Of a stretch of DNA of 64,000 bases, positions 1 through 9,194 are shown in pieces (the first letter of the stretch is position 1; every line of letters begins with the position of its first letter). The position numbers were made by a program, and so were the translations under genes. Below the pieces are notes generated by a model, which was given only the letters and a program-made list of their open reading frames with translations, had not been told where the DNA came from and searched no databases. Source of the DNA: Bacteroidales bacterium (lineage in GTDB: Bacteria; Bacteroidota; Bacteroidia; Bacteroidales; UBA1556); contig JAMOQI010000006.1 of assembly GCA_027064095.1 (NCBI GenBank), forward strand, positions 258 to 64,257, read 5' to 3'.

Positions 1-1375
1 TCATGATACAAATACAGTAAAAAACACTGCTTTAACAGAAAAGTATTTCCTGGAATTAATTCAAAATAACCCATATTTAATTTCTATTATTTTTATTCAA
101 AACAATAATAAGTTTATTATAAACAAATCTAATGATAGCTATATTCTTGCTTTCGACAGCACTAATAAAACAGATATTATTAAATGGAAAAGGTATAAAA
201 ATAACAAAGTAGTAAGTAGCTGGGATGAAAGCCATGAACTTAGTATTAGGCAATTGCAATGGTTTAAAAACTTAAAAAATAAGCAAAATAGAATATCTTG
301 GTTTTTTAATACCAACAATAAAAATATCAATATTGAAAATGGTGATAATGAACTTTTTTATATGGCATACCCATACAATTCTAATGGAACCAATAATTTA
401 ATTTTACTACGTTTCTCCAGATTAGGATTACTAAAAGCATTTTCTACTTACTCAAAATATGATAACGTTAACCTGTTAATCCAAACAAATGATAGTAATA
501 ATCTAAATCTTAGCTCTGGAATAACCGAAACATTTAAAAATATTTCACAAGACACATTACCAAATGACAGTTTAAAAATTCTCACATTGAAACATTATTA
601 TAAGTTTTCTAATTTAGATTCCGGAATATTTAATTTCAACTATCAAAATAGCATAATATGGAATTATTTTAAAAAGCCTATAGAAAATATTGGGATAAAT
701 TTTTATTTACTGAGTATCAACAATCAAGATCTACTTGAAAAGGCAACTAAAAACAGCAATTCAAATATAGTATTTTGGTTTGCTATTTTTACAATTTTGA
801 TTTCAATATTATTATTTATATATAAATTCTCTAGAACTTCGAAAATTTCACAAAATGACATCCCTAAATGCCATAAAATTCTTAATGAAGATGAAAGTAG
901 AACCTTAGAATTTAAATCATCATTAAGGTGGGATTATAGGCAGGAAAAGGTGAATCCTGAATTAGAGAAGGTTATCTTCAAGACTATTGCTGCTTTTGGT
1001 AATACCGATGGTGGAATATTACTAATTGGCGTTGACGACGATAAAAATATTTTAGGCTTAGATGCTGATTTAAAAACACTTAAAAAAAGCACCACAGACT
1101 TTTTCGAAATACATTTACGCAACTTACTTCATACACAAATGGGTGTTAATTATGTAAGTAAAAATATAAGAATGCAGTTTGAAGAAGCTGAAGAAGGTAA
1201 ATTTGTTTGTAAAATATTGGTATTAGCAGCTGATACGGCATTATTCTTAAAAATGAAGAATAAAGATGGCCAATCGATTGAGAAATTCTATGTAAGAAGT
1301 GGGAATTCTTCACAAGAAATCAAGTCTATTGCTGACATAAATGACTATATCAACAGTAGATTTATTAAAAATTAA
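1..1375 (+). CDS. Membrane-anchored protein with extracytoplasmic N-terminal region, one TM helix and C-terminal AlbA_2 (Schlafen-like) domain; 5'-truncated by window edge
   Basis: Frame is open from position 2 (cat gat aca aat...), so the TTG at 254 is not the true start. TM segment IVFWFAIFTILISILLFIY, then AlbA_2 motifs ESRTLEFKSSLRWD, IAAFGNTDGGILLIGVDD and FYVRSGNSS. Confidence 0.8.
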   Translation, partial: HDTNTVKNTALTEKYFLELIQNNPYLISIIFIQNNNKFIINKSNDSYILAFDSTNKTDIIKWKRYKNNKVVSSWDESHELSIRQLQWFKNLKNKQNRISWFFNTNNKNINIENGDNELFYMAYPYNSNGTNNLILLRFSRLGLLKAFSTYSKYDNVNLLIQTNDSNNLNLSSGITETFKNISQDTLPNDSLKILTLKHYYKFSNLDSGIFNFNYQNSIIWNYFKKPIENIGINFYLLSINNQDLLEKATKNSNSNIVFWFAIFTILISILLFIYKFSRTSKISQNDIPKCHKILNEDESRTLEFKSSLRWDYRQEKVNPELEKVIFKTIAAFGNTDGGILLIGVDDDKNILGLDADLKTLKKSTTDFFEIHLRNLLHTQMGVNYVSKNIRMQFEEAEEGKFVCKILVLAADTALFLKMKNKDGQSIEKFYVRSGNSSQEIKSIADINDYINSRFIKN

Positions 1376-1495
1376 TATCGAATTTAATATATTTTTTCAT
1401 CCATCTATTTACAATAATTTCACGCATCTAAAAATATTATTGAACAACATCTAAAAACAAGTAAATTGCTTGACTAATTATATCAATAAAATAAT

Positions 1496-1503
1496 TATCT
1501 TTG
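1496..1503 (+). promoter_or_regulatory. Bacteroidota primary-sigma -7 box (TATCTTTG)
   Basis: Matches TAnnTTTG ~48 nt upstream of the ATG at 1551. Confidence 0.6.
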
Positions 1504-1550
1504 CCACGTTGAGGTATATTTTTCAGACTTGTAAATAAAATTTGTCACAA

Positions 1551-2426
1551 ATGAAATTAAGAGTTTTACTTTTATCTACTGTTTTATTATTTTTCTTTTC
1601 TAAAGTTGAAGCCAAGAGATATAACCCATACGGAACAGATTGGGCAGTTGGATTTCATTTAGGCGGAACTTCTTTCTTTGGGGATTTAAGAGCTGAATCA
1701 GGAGGATTAAACGCCACTCCATTTTCTAAATATTTTTATCAGGATATGCAAATGATGGGTGGTATTAATTTAGAAAAGTGGTTTGGTCCCTATGTTGGCT
1801 TATTGGGAAATATTCAGTACGGTTATATACAAGGAACAAAAGAAACTAGTTCGGCCTGGTTTGAGGCATGGCTTTTTGAATATAATTTAAACATAACCTC
1901 AAACCTTACAAATATCATTCTTGGTATTGATCGCAGACGTCATTGGATGGCCTATACTTCTTTAGGTATTGGAATGTCAAATTCTCGCTCATGGAAATAT
2001 TCTACTACTACAGGTAAATTAATAGGCACCAATGGTTTTGGAGTTCCTAAAACAGAAGGAGGACCTTTTATCCCAATGACAGAGACTATTGGAAATATTG
2101 CTTTTGGTGCAAAGTTTTATATTGGCGGAAACTTATCAATTAATCTCGAAGGCAGCATGCACGTTATTAATTCTGACAAGCTCGATGCTACTCCTAATGA
2201 TAACTCGTCCTACTTTGCTGGAATTGAAGGTTACAATTATTACAATATTGGACTTCAATATCACTTTGGATTTAATGGATACCATATTACAAATAGGTAT
2301 AAACATAAAGCTCGATATAATGGAGGTCGCTCTGGTTATGTGAGAATTAATTCAAGAAAAACTGGCCGAAAAAATCGTAAGATTTTTAAAAAAGGCAGAA
2401 AAAGATTTAAATTTACAAGAAGATAA
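1551..2426 (+). CDS. Outer-membrane beta-barrel protein (DUF6089/OmpA-barrel-like) with polybasic C-terminal tail
   Basis: Signal peptide MKLRVLLL..., GGTSFFGDL motif, alternating beta strands, SDKLDA motif, last strand YNIGLQYHF, then ~50 K/R-rich residues. Confidence 0.65.
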   Translation: MKLRVLLLSTVLLFFFSKVEAKRYNPYGTDWAVGFHLGGTSFFGDLRAESGGLNATPFSKYFYQDMQMMGGINLEKWFGPYVGLLGNIQYGYIQGTKETSSAWFEAWLFEYNLNITSNLTNIILGIDRRRHWMAYTSLGIGMSNSRSWKYSTTTGKLIGTNGFGVPKTEGGPFIPMTETIGNIAFGAKFYIGGNLSINLEGSMHVINSDKLDATPNDNSSYFAGIEGYNYYNIGLQYHFGFNGYHITNRYKHKARYNGGRSGYVRINSRKTGRKNRKIFKKGRKRFKFTRR

Positions 2427-2443
2427 TTTTATAGATTTAACTT

Positions 2444-3664
2444 TTGCATAATACTCATATCTTTATCGCTATTCCTCTTCTGGATGAACTTGATAATATT
2501 CATTCATTGTTGGAAAGAATCAAATCTCAAACTCACACAAATTTCACAATTTATTTCTGTGTAAATCAACCTGATAATTGGTGGAAAGATAATGCAAAGA
2601 TTGATATTTGTAAAAGAAATGTAAAAACGATAGAATACATTCAAGATTTCTCCAAAACTACTAACAATAAAATTAATGTAATAGATAAATGTACACCGGG
2701 AAAAGGTTGGCAAGGCAAAAAGTTAGGAGTAGGTTGGGCAAGAAAAATAATAATTGACGAAATCAATAATGTAGCTAATGATGAAGATATTATTATTAGT
2801 CTAGATGGAGATACCGAATTCTCATCAAATTATTTTCAGTCTATTAATGATAATTTTACTCAGAACAAGAATTATGAGACTATCTCAATACCATATTATC
2901 ATCCTTTAAACGATGACCCAAAAGCAAATAAGGCTATACTTAGGTACGAAATTTACATGAGAACTTATTTACTTAATTTATTTAAAATTTCGAGTCCATA
3001 TTCATTTTCAGCTTTAGGCTCAGCAATTGCATTTAAAGTTAAGGCCTTAAGAAAAATCGGAGGTTTTACACCTAAAAAAAGTGGCGAAGATTTTTATTTT
3101 CTACAAAAAATGGTAAAATATAAACCCATAAACAATTGGAATAAAGAAATTGTAAAACCTGCTGCAAGATTTTCTGATAGAGTTTTTTTTGGCACTGGTC
3201 CAGCAATGATAAAAGGCAGCAATGGAGACTGGAACTCCTACCCTATATACTCTACATATTCTTTTAATGAAATAAAAATATTCTATTCCCTAATCCCTCA
3301 ACTTTTTATTAGGAATATTGAAACACCAATTGATACTTTTTTGTTGCATAATTGTATTGATATAGATAACCTTTGGAATAAGTTAAGAAAGAACAATAAA
3401 GATTTATTTCATTTTACCAAAGCAATACATGATTATTTTGATGGTTTAAAAATATTACAATTTCTCAAATTCTCAAATACCGGATCCAATGATAATAAGA
3501 ACTTGATCACTTTTATTCAACAACTTGAAAGCTATAAAGTAAGTAAACCAAATATTAATAATTTTAATTTTGAAAACTGTAATATCTCTCATTTAAATGA
3601 AATAAGAGATTATCTTTACCAAATCGAAAATATTGAAAGAACATTAAATACTAATGGAAAATAG
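2444..3664 (+). CDS. Glycosyltransferase family 2 (GT-A fold)
   Basis: IAIPLLDE start, GVGWARK, SLDGDT (DxD), IGGF...GEDFYFLQK motifs; TTG start. Confidence 0.8.
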   Translation: MHNTHIFIAIPLLDELDNIHSLLERIKSQTHTNFTIYFCVNQPDNWWKDNAKIDICKRNVKTIEYIQDFSKTTNNKINVIDKCTPGKGWQGKKLGVGWARKIIIDEINNVANDEDIIISLDGDTEFSSNYFQSINDNFTQNKNYETISIPYYHPLNDDPKANKAILRYEIYMRTYLLNLFKISSPYSFSALGSAIAFKVKALRKIGGFTPKKSGEDFYFLQKMVKYKPINNWNKEIVKPAARFSDRVFFGTGPAMIKGSNGDWNSYPIYSTYSFNEIKIFYSLIPQLFIRNIETPIDTFLLHNCIDIDNLWNKLRKNNKDLFHFTKAIHDYFDGLKILQFLKFSNTGSNDNKNLITFIQQLESYKVSKPNINNFNFENCNISHLNEIRDYLYQIENIERTLNTNGK

Positions 3665-4565
3665 ATTAATAAGTATTTTAGGCACCACAGCAAGTGGTAA
3701 AACCAAATTAGCAACTAATCTTGCTGCAATGATTGGAGGAGAAATTCTCAGTGCTGATTCAAGACAAGTATATAGAGGTATGGATATAGGTAGTGGCAAA
3801 GACCTAAAAGAATTTAATGTCAACGGAATTGAAGTTCCATACCATCTAATCGACATTGTTGATGCAGGATATGAGTACAATGTATATGAATACCAGAAAG
3901 ATTTTTTTAAAGCATATAAGAAAATAAAAGAAAATAATAATATTCCGATATTATGTGGTGGTACAGGAATGTATGTAGAATCAGTACTTAAAGGATATAA
4001 ACTTGCGAAAGTACCCCGTGACGAGTCACTGAGAATAAGACTAGAAAAGAAATCTGACGAAGAGCTTAGACAGATGCTTTATAAAACCAGAATTCCTCAT
4101 AACTCTTCTGACCTAAGTGATAGAGAAAGAAGCATTAGAGCTATTGAAATTGATGTTTATTATCAAGAACATCCAGAACTATTAGTTGATGTCCCAAAAC
4201 TAAAATCTATTAACTTTGGTATCAAATACGACCGTCAAGAGATTAGAAACAGAATTACAGAACGTTTGGATCAGAGACTTAGTGAAGGACTTATTGAAGA
4301 GATTCAAGGCTTGATGGACAACGGAATTGATGCCGATAAATTAAAGTTCTATGGATTAGAATACAAATTTATCACTCAATATATTCTTGAAGAGATAGAT
4401 TATAACCAAATGTTCTCATCGCTAAATACTGCAATACACCAATTTGCAAAAAGGCAAGAAACATGGTGGCGTAAAATGGAAAAATCAGGAACAAAGATAC
4501 TTTGGATTAATGGAAACATATCTATGGAAGAAAAAATAGCATTTATTATAAGCCAGCTGAGATAG
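3654..4565 (+). CDS. miaA: tRNA (adenosine(37)-N6)-dimethylallyltransferase
   Basis: GTTASGKT P-loop, SADSRQVYRGMDIGSGK, CGGTGMY, FAKRQETW. Confidence 0.95.
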   Translation: MENRLISILGTTASGKTKLATNLAAMIGGEILSADSRQVYRGMDIGSGKDLKEFNVNGIEVPYHLIDIVDAGYEYNVYEYQKDFFKAYKKIKENNNIPILCGGTGMYVESVLKGYKLAKVPRDESLRIRLEKKSDEELRQMLYKTRIPHNSSDLSDRERSIRAIEIDVYYQEHPELLVDVPKLKSINFGIKYDRQEIRNRITERLDQRLSEGLIEEIQGLMDNGIDADKLKFYGLEYKFITQYILEEIDYNQMFSSLNTAIHQFAKRQETWWRKMEKSGTKILWINGNISMEEKIAFIISQLR

Positions 4566-4582
4566 ATATTTTATAGAAATAA

Positions 4583-4612
4583 AAAAGAGTACTTTATAAA
4601 AAGTACTCTTTT
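4583..4612. terminator. Bidirectional intrinsic terminator between convergent miaA and FKBP genes
   Basis: AAAAGAGTACTTT-ATAA-AAAGTACTCTTTT perfect inverted repeat with A and T tracts. Confidence 0.8.
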
Positions 4613-4618
4613 AAATTA

Positions 4619-5812
4619 TTAGAACGTTACTTTGCCTTTCTTAATATCTTGTAAATAAATATCAAAAATCAAGTCAGATTTTGCTGGAATTAATGGCTCA
4701 CGGCCTTTTTCTCCATAAGCTAATTTATAGGGAATAATAAATCTAACTTTCTCACCTTTTCTTACCATTAATAAACCTTCATCGAGTCCTTTAATAACTT
4801 TTTGAGCAGCAACTTCAAATGCCAGACTATCATTTCTATCATAACTTGCATCAAATACTTTTCCATCCATAAATCTGGCAACATATTTTATAACAACAGT
4901 ATCATGAGGAAGTGGTTTAGCCCCTTGAGTTGATTCAAAAACGATATATTTTAAACCATCAGGTAAACTAATAGTATCATTTGTTAATTTTCCATAATCA
5001 GGATAATTTATCTTTTCAAATTTAGATAATTCAACATCAAAAATAAGATCTGACTTAGGAGGTATTGGTGCTCTACCAGACTCACCATAAGCAAGTTGAT
5101 ATGGGATTAACAAGCGTCGTTTCTCCCCTTTTTTCATTCCAACCACAGCAATATCCCAACCTTTGATAACTCTACCTCTACCAAGAATAAAATCAAAATC
5201 TCTACCACCATTATCGTGTGATGAGTCAAATTTCTTTCCATTAGTAAAATAACCTGTATATTGCATATAAGCTTTATCACCACTAGAAACAGCCTCACCT
5301 TTGCCTTTTTCAACAACAATATAAGCTAGATTATTTTCAAGTTTCACTGTATCAAGACCTGTACAATCAAAAGGCTTTACTGCTTTTTTTAAATCAACAA
5401 CTTTCACAGTAAAAAACAATGTGGAATTAGCCGGAATAGAACCCATTTTTCTACTACCATAAGCAATATCAGCAGGAATTGTAAATAAAGCAGAATCACC
5501 AACATGAAGGTATTGTAGTCCTTCGTCCCAGCCTTTAATTACTCTTCCTACTCCTAAAGGAAAAGTTATTGGTTGTTTTCTATCATAAGAAGCATCGAAT
5601 TTTGTTCCATCAGATAATTTACCTACATAATGCACACTTATTACATCTCCGCTATCAGCTTTAGGTGCTTTTTTATGCAAATCATAAATAATAAACTTAA
5701 GACCACTTTCAGTAGTGTACTCCTTATTCTTTTTAATCTTCTTAGAAACAACTTGGGCGTAATTACTTACGCCCAAAATGCTTAATAATACTATTATTAA
5801 TAATTTTCTCAT
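4619..5812 (-). CDS. FKBP-type peptidyl-prolyl cis-trans isomerase (three FKBP domains, signal peptide)
   Basis: Three repeats of V(H/Q/K)Y.G...G.KFD(A/S)S...VIKG(W/L)D...IP..(I/L)AYG. Confidence 0.93.
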   Translation of the reverse strand: MRKLLIIVLLSILGVSNYAQVVSKKIKKNKEYTTESGLKFIIYDLHKKAPKADSGDVISVHYVGKLSDGTKFDASYDRKQPITFPLGVGRVIKGWDEGLQYLHVGDSALFTIPADIAYGSRKMGSIPANSTLFFTVKVVDLKKAVKPFDCTGLDTVKLENNLAYIVVEKGKGEAVSSGDKAYMQYTGYFTNGKKFDSSHDNGGRDFDFILGRGRVIKGWDIAVVGMKKGEKRRLLIPYQLAYGESGRAPIPPKSDLIFDVELSKFEKINYPDYGKLTNDTISLPDGLKYIVFESTQGAKPLPHDTVVIKYVARFMDGKVFDASYDRNDSLAFEVAAQKVIKGLDEGLLMVRKGEKVRFIIPYKLAYGEKGREPLIPAKSDLIFDIYLQDIKKGKVTF

Positions 5813-5829
5813 ATCAAATTATCATTAAT

Positions 5830-7155
5830 CTAATCAACAACTTCTATTAGTTCAACATCGAATACCAAACTAGAGTTAGGAGGAATAGATTGTCCTGCAC
5901 CTCTAGGTCCATATCCTAATTTTGAAGGAATAATTAGTTTAGCTTTACCACCTTCTTTCATTAAAGCAACACCTTCATCCCAACCTGGAATAACTTGTCC
6001 TTGTCCTAAAGTAAACTCAAAAGGAGTTCCTCTATCTACAGAGCTATCGAATTTTGTTCCATCTAATAAATAACCGGTATAGTGTACTTTAACTTTCTTT
6101 CCAGCAGTAGCTTGTTTACCTGTACCAGCAACTTCCTCTACATAATAGAGTCCTGAAGCTGTAGGCGTTACAGCTATTTTATTATCGGCAAGATATTTCT
6201 TAAGACCTTTCATTTCAGCAGCTTCAGCTTTGGCAATTTCTTTTTGACGATCTGCTACCATTTTTTCTTTTGTAGTTAAACTTTTAAGTTCAACATCGTA
6301 AACGATAGTAGCAAATGGAGGAACATATCCGCGCATTCCTTGTGCTCCAAAAGCTAAACTGAAAGGTGCAATAATTGTTGCTTTATCACCAACTCTCATT
6401 TTCATTAAACCAGTTTCAAAACCTATTCCCAATTGTCCAGTTCCAACTTCTAAATCAATAGGTTTTCCATCGTTATAGGTATTTATAAATTCTTGACCAT
6501 TAACACCAATAGTTTTAGCAACGATATGCATCTTTGCAAACATACCTGCAGTTACTTTCTCTCCATTTCCTTTTTTTGTTTTAATAAAGAAGATACCACT
6601 AGGGTCAGCTTCTACATTTAGATTATTTGAAGCAATATATTCTGCGATAGTGCTTTTTTCAATTTCAGACATTTCTTTTTCTTGCTCCATTCTTTCTTTA
6701 TCCATTTGTTCCGGAGTCATAATTTTAGTAACTTTTACATCTAAATAAAAAGTTGAACCACTATCCAATAGCTCTGGTCTTGGAGCTCCTACAGTCTTTG
6801 TAAAAAATGAATCACTATTAAGAATAAAAGTAGCACTATCGCCTGGATGCATCATTGATAATGCAGCAAAAACATCACCTTTATATGTTGACTTCATCAT
6901 AGGAAGTTCAAAAGGAGTTCCTTCCTGAGAATGACTAAAAGTTGAATCATCCATAGTTCTGTACGTCATATAAGCGGATATTTTATCTCCCTCTCTTGCA
7001 GTTGTAGTATCACTACTTTGATTATGAAATTTGTAAAATAACCCATCTTCTGTTTTTGCGAAACCAGGATATTTATTCTCAGTATTACATGCTACTGTAA
7101 TTAATGCCAGTAACACAATAGTTACTAATCCTTTAGATAAATTCTTTAGATTCAT
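5830..7155 (-). CDS. FKBP-type peptidyl-prolyl isomerase lipoprotein (multi-domain)
   Basis: Lipobox ITVAC; C-terminal [20 protein letters not shown]...VIPGWDEG. Start moved to the ATG at 7155 because a TAAATTTG promoter box lies at 7188-7195. Confidence 0.92.
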   Translation of the reverse strand: MNLKNLSKGLVTIVLLALITVACNTENKYPGFAKTEDGLFYKFHNQSSDTTTAREGDKISAYMTYRTMDDSTFSHSQEGTPFELPMMKSTYKGDVFAALSMMHPGDSATFILNSDSFFTKTVGAPRPELLDSGSTFYLDVKVTKIMTPEQMDKERMEQEKEMSEIEKSTIAEYIASNNLNVEADPSGIFFIKTKKGNGEKVTAGMFAKMHIVAKTIGVNGQEFINTYNDGKPIDLEVGTGQLGIGFETGLMKMRVGDKATIIAPFSLAFGAQGMRGYVPPFATIVYDVELKSLTTKEKMVADRQKEIAKAEAAEMKGLKKYLADNKIAVTPTASGLYYVEEVAGTGKQATAGKKVKVHYTGYLLDGTKFDSSVDRGTPFEFTLGQGQVIPGWDEGVALMKEGGKAKLIIPSKLGYGPRGAGQSIPPNSSLVFDVELIEVVD

Positions 7156-7263
7156 TATTGTCTGTCTTTTTAATATTTTAATAAAGCGCAAATTTACAAA
7201 TTTTTTAACATAGAATTACATCTTAACTTTAATTAACTTTGAACTTGGTTATAGCTTTTATAA

Positions 7264-7590
7264 TTAAAAAATTAACACCCTAACTTCACGTGTTTGTTCT
7301 TCTGCTGAATTACCTGCTGCATCTATAACATTATACTTTCTTTGATATGTTCCTTCAGTGTGAATATCTATATTATCTTGTATTTTAACTAAATCAGTGA
7401 TGTCACCATCAACATCATCATTGGCTGTATAGCCTGGTTCAACATATACAGAATCCTTAGCAACATATTGGGGATTTCCACCCTCCAAAATAATTACAGG
7501 AGCAGTAGTATCCTTTTCCTTCTCGGTACACATAGTTAAGGATACAATTACTATTGCTAAAATTGTTAATATTATGCTTGTCTTTTTCAT
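7264..7590 (-). CDS. Lipoprotein with Ig-like DUF5011 domain
   Basis: Lipoprotein-type signal ending in SLTMC; DTTAPVIILEG...EPGYTANDDVDGDIT...GTY...YNVIDAAGNSA. Confidence 0.8.
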   Translation of the reverse strand: MKKTSIILTILAIVIVSLTMCTEKEKDTTAPVIILEGGNPQYVAKDSVYVEPGYTANDDVDGDITDLVKIQDNIDIHTEGTYQRKYNVIDAAGNSAEEQTREVRVLIF

Positions 7591-7629
7591 AATTATAGTC
7601 TTTAAATAGTTTAATAAAATATAATAATT

Positions 7630-9183
7630 CTACTTCTCATCCTCCGGTATTTCAACCCAATCTAATTTATTGAACTTAAATTCCGTGAAATCGAAATCCG
7701 GATTTGGGACATCAATCACAAATGATTGAATCGTATTGGTAGATTTATCAATTGTAAAAGTAATAAACCCTTGGGGTAAAGATGGAACTTTAGTAAATTC
7801 AACAATAAAAGTATCTGCATTATATTTTGTAATATTTCCTTCCCACAATACGGTATGCAAAAGATTCACTTTCATTTTCCAGGCTTTCACAGTTATTAGC
7901 GCATTACCATAAAGTTCACTCTTATACAAACCTGCATACTCTTTTAACTTAAAACTAGGTTCAATTGCATTTTCAGGAATTTCAATCGGTGTTTTCTTTT
8001 CAACTCTTTGTTGATATGGCAAGAAGAGTGAAGCCCAATCAATAGTATCCGTAGCCAAAAAATTATCTAGAATCCTATATGACAATGCATTATAAAGCGA
8101 GTTTGTAGAATTTGTAAGAATTACAAAACCTAATTTTTCTTCTGGCACCAAGCAAGTATATGTAATAACACCATCATAACCACCACTATGACTTACAATA
8201 AGTCTTCCATGATAATCTTCCAGACTCCAGCCCATGCCATAAGATTTAAAATGAGTACTAGGCCAATAATGCTTTGCCAAATCACTTACCATAAAATTAG
8301 TATGAGGACTTCGCATTTGATTAAATTGAGATGGTGAAACTATAGTATCATTATGCCAAATGCCATTATTTAGTTGTAATTTCACCCATTTACTCATATC
8401 TTCAATATCAGAATTTAATATTCCTGCACCTCCAATATTATCCCAATTTAAAAACTCAATAGGGATTATTTTATCATTTACCTTGTTATAAGGTGTACAA
8501 ACATTATCAACATTCTTTAAATCATCAACACTGGTATATGTTCTTTTCATACCTAAAGGTTGAAAAAAATGTTTCTGCAAAAACTCTTCATAAGTCACCC
8601 CCGACACTTTTGCAATAATCTCACCAGCGGCTATATACATTATATTACTATATCCAAATTTTGTCCTAAATTCATACTTAGGTTTAAGCATATGCAGTTT
8701 ACGAACAACAGCTTCTCGTGAATAATCAGAACCATACCATAGTAAATCACCACTAAAAGTCTTCAAGCCGCTTCTATGGCTTAACAAATCAGCAATGGTA
8801 AAATGCTGTGTTACATATGGATCATAAAGCTGAAAATAAGGCAATATATCAACCACCTTAGTATCCCATGTCAATTTACCTTCATCAACAAGTATTGCTA
8901 TTGCAGCAGCTGTAAAAGCTTTTGTATTGGAGGCTATTGGAAAAATAGTTTGAGTGTTTACTTCCTTCTTTTTTGCAATATTTCCATATCCATATCCTTT
9001 AGCAAAAATCAAACTATCATCCTTAATGATACCGACAGCTAAACCTGGAACATCCCATTGTACTCTACTCCTAGCAAAATATTTGTCTAAGCTATCTATA
9101 TTTGTAGTCCATGATTGAGACTTTATCTGAAATGATAAAAGAATTGTAACAATCAATAAAAAAATATTAATATTATTATTCAT
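7630..9183 (-). CDS. Serine hydrolase (beta-lactamase/AmpC-like family) with C-terminal DUF3471
   Basis: SxxK motif IASNTKAF, LLSHRSG, YSN, HSGG; signal peptide from the ATG at 9183. Confidence 0.88.
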   Translation of the reverse strand: MNNNINIFLLIVTILLSFQIKSQSWTTNIDSLDKYFARSRVQWDVPGLAVGIIKDDSLIFAKGYGYGNIAKKKEVNTQTIFPIASNTKAFTAAAIAILVDEGKLTWDTKVVDILPYFQLYDPYVTQHFTIADLLSHRSGLKTFSGDLLWYGSDYSREAVVRKLHMLKPKYEFRTKFGYSNIMYIAAGEIIAKVSGVTYEEFLQKHFFQPLGMKRTYTSVDDLKNVDNVCTPYNKVNDKIIPIEFLNWDNIGGAGILNSDIEDMSKWVKLQLNNGIWHNDTIVSPSQFNQMRSPHTNFMVSDLAKHYWPSTHFKSYGMGWSLEDYHGRLIVSHSGGYDGVITYTCLVPEEKLGFVILTNSTNSLYNALSYRILDNFLATDTIDWASLFLPYQQRVEKKTPIEIPENAIEPSFKLKEYAGLYKSELYGNALITVKAWKMKVNLLHTVLWEGNITKYNADTFIVEFTKVPSLPQGFITFTIDKSTNTIQSFVIDVPNPDFDFTEFKFNKLDWVEIPEDEK

Positions 9184-9194
9184 TTTTAAATATT

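Noticed and set aside
7630-9183. Antibiotic-resistance beta-lactamase
   Set aside because: The SxxK/YSN/HSG motifs plus DUF3471 fit a generic serine hydrolase or peptidase; resistance cannot be inferred.
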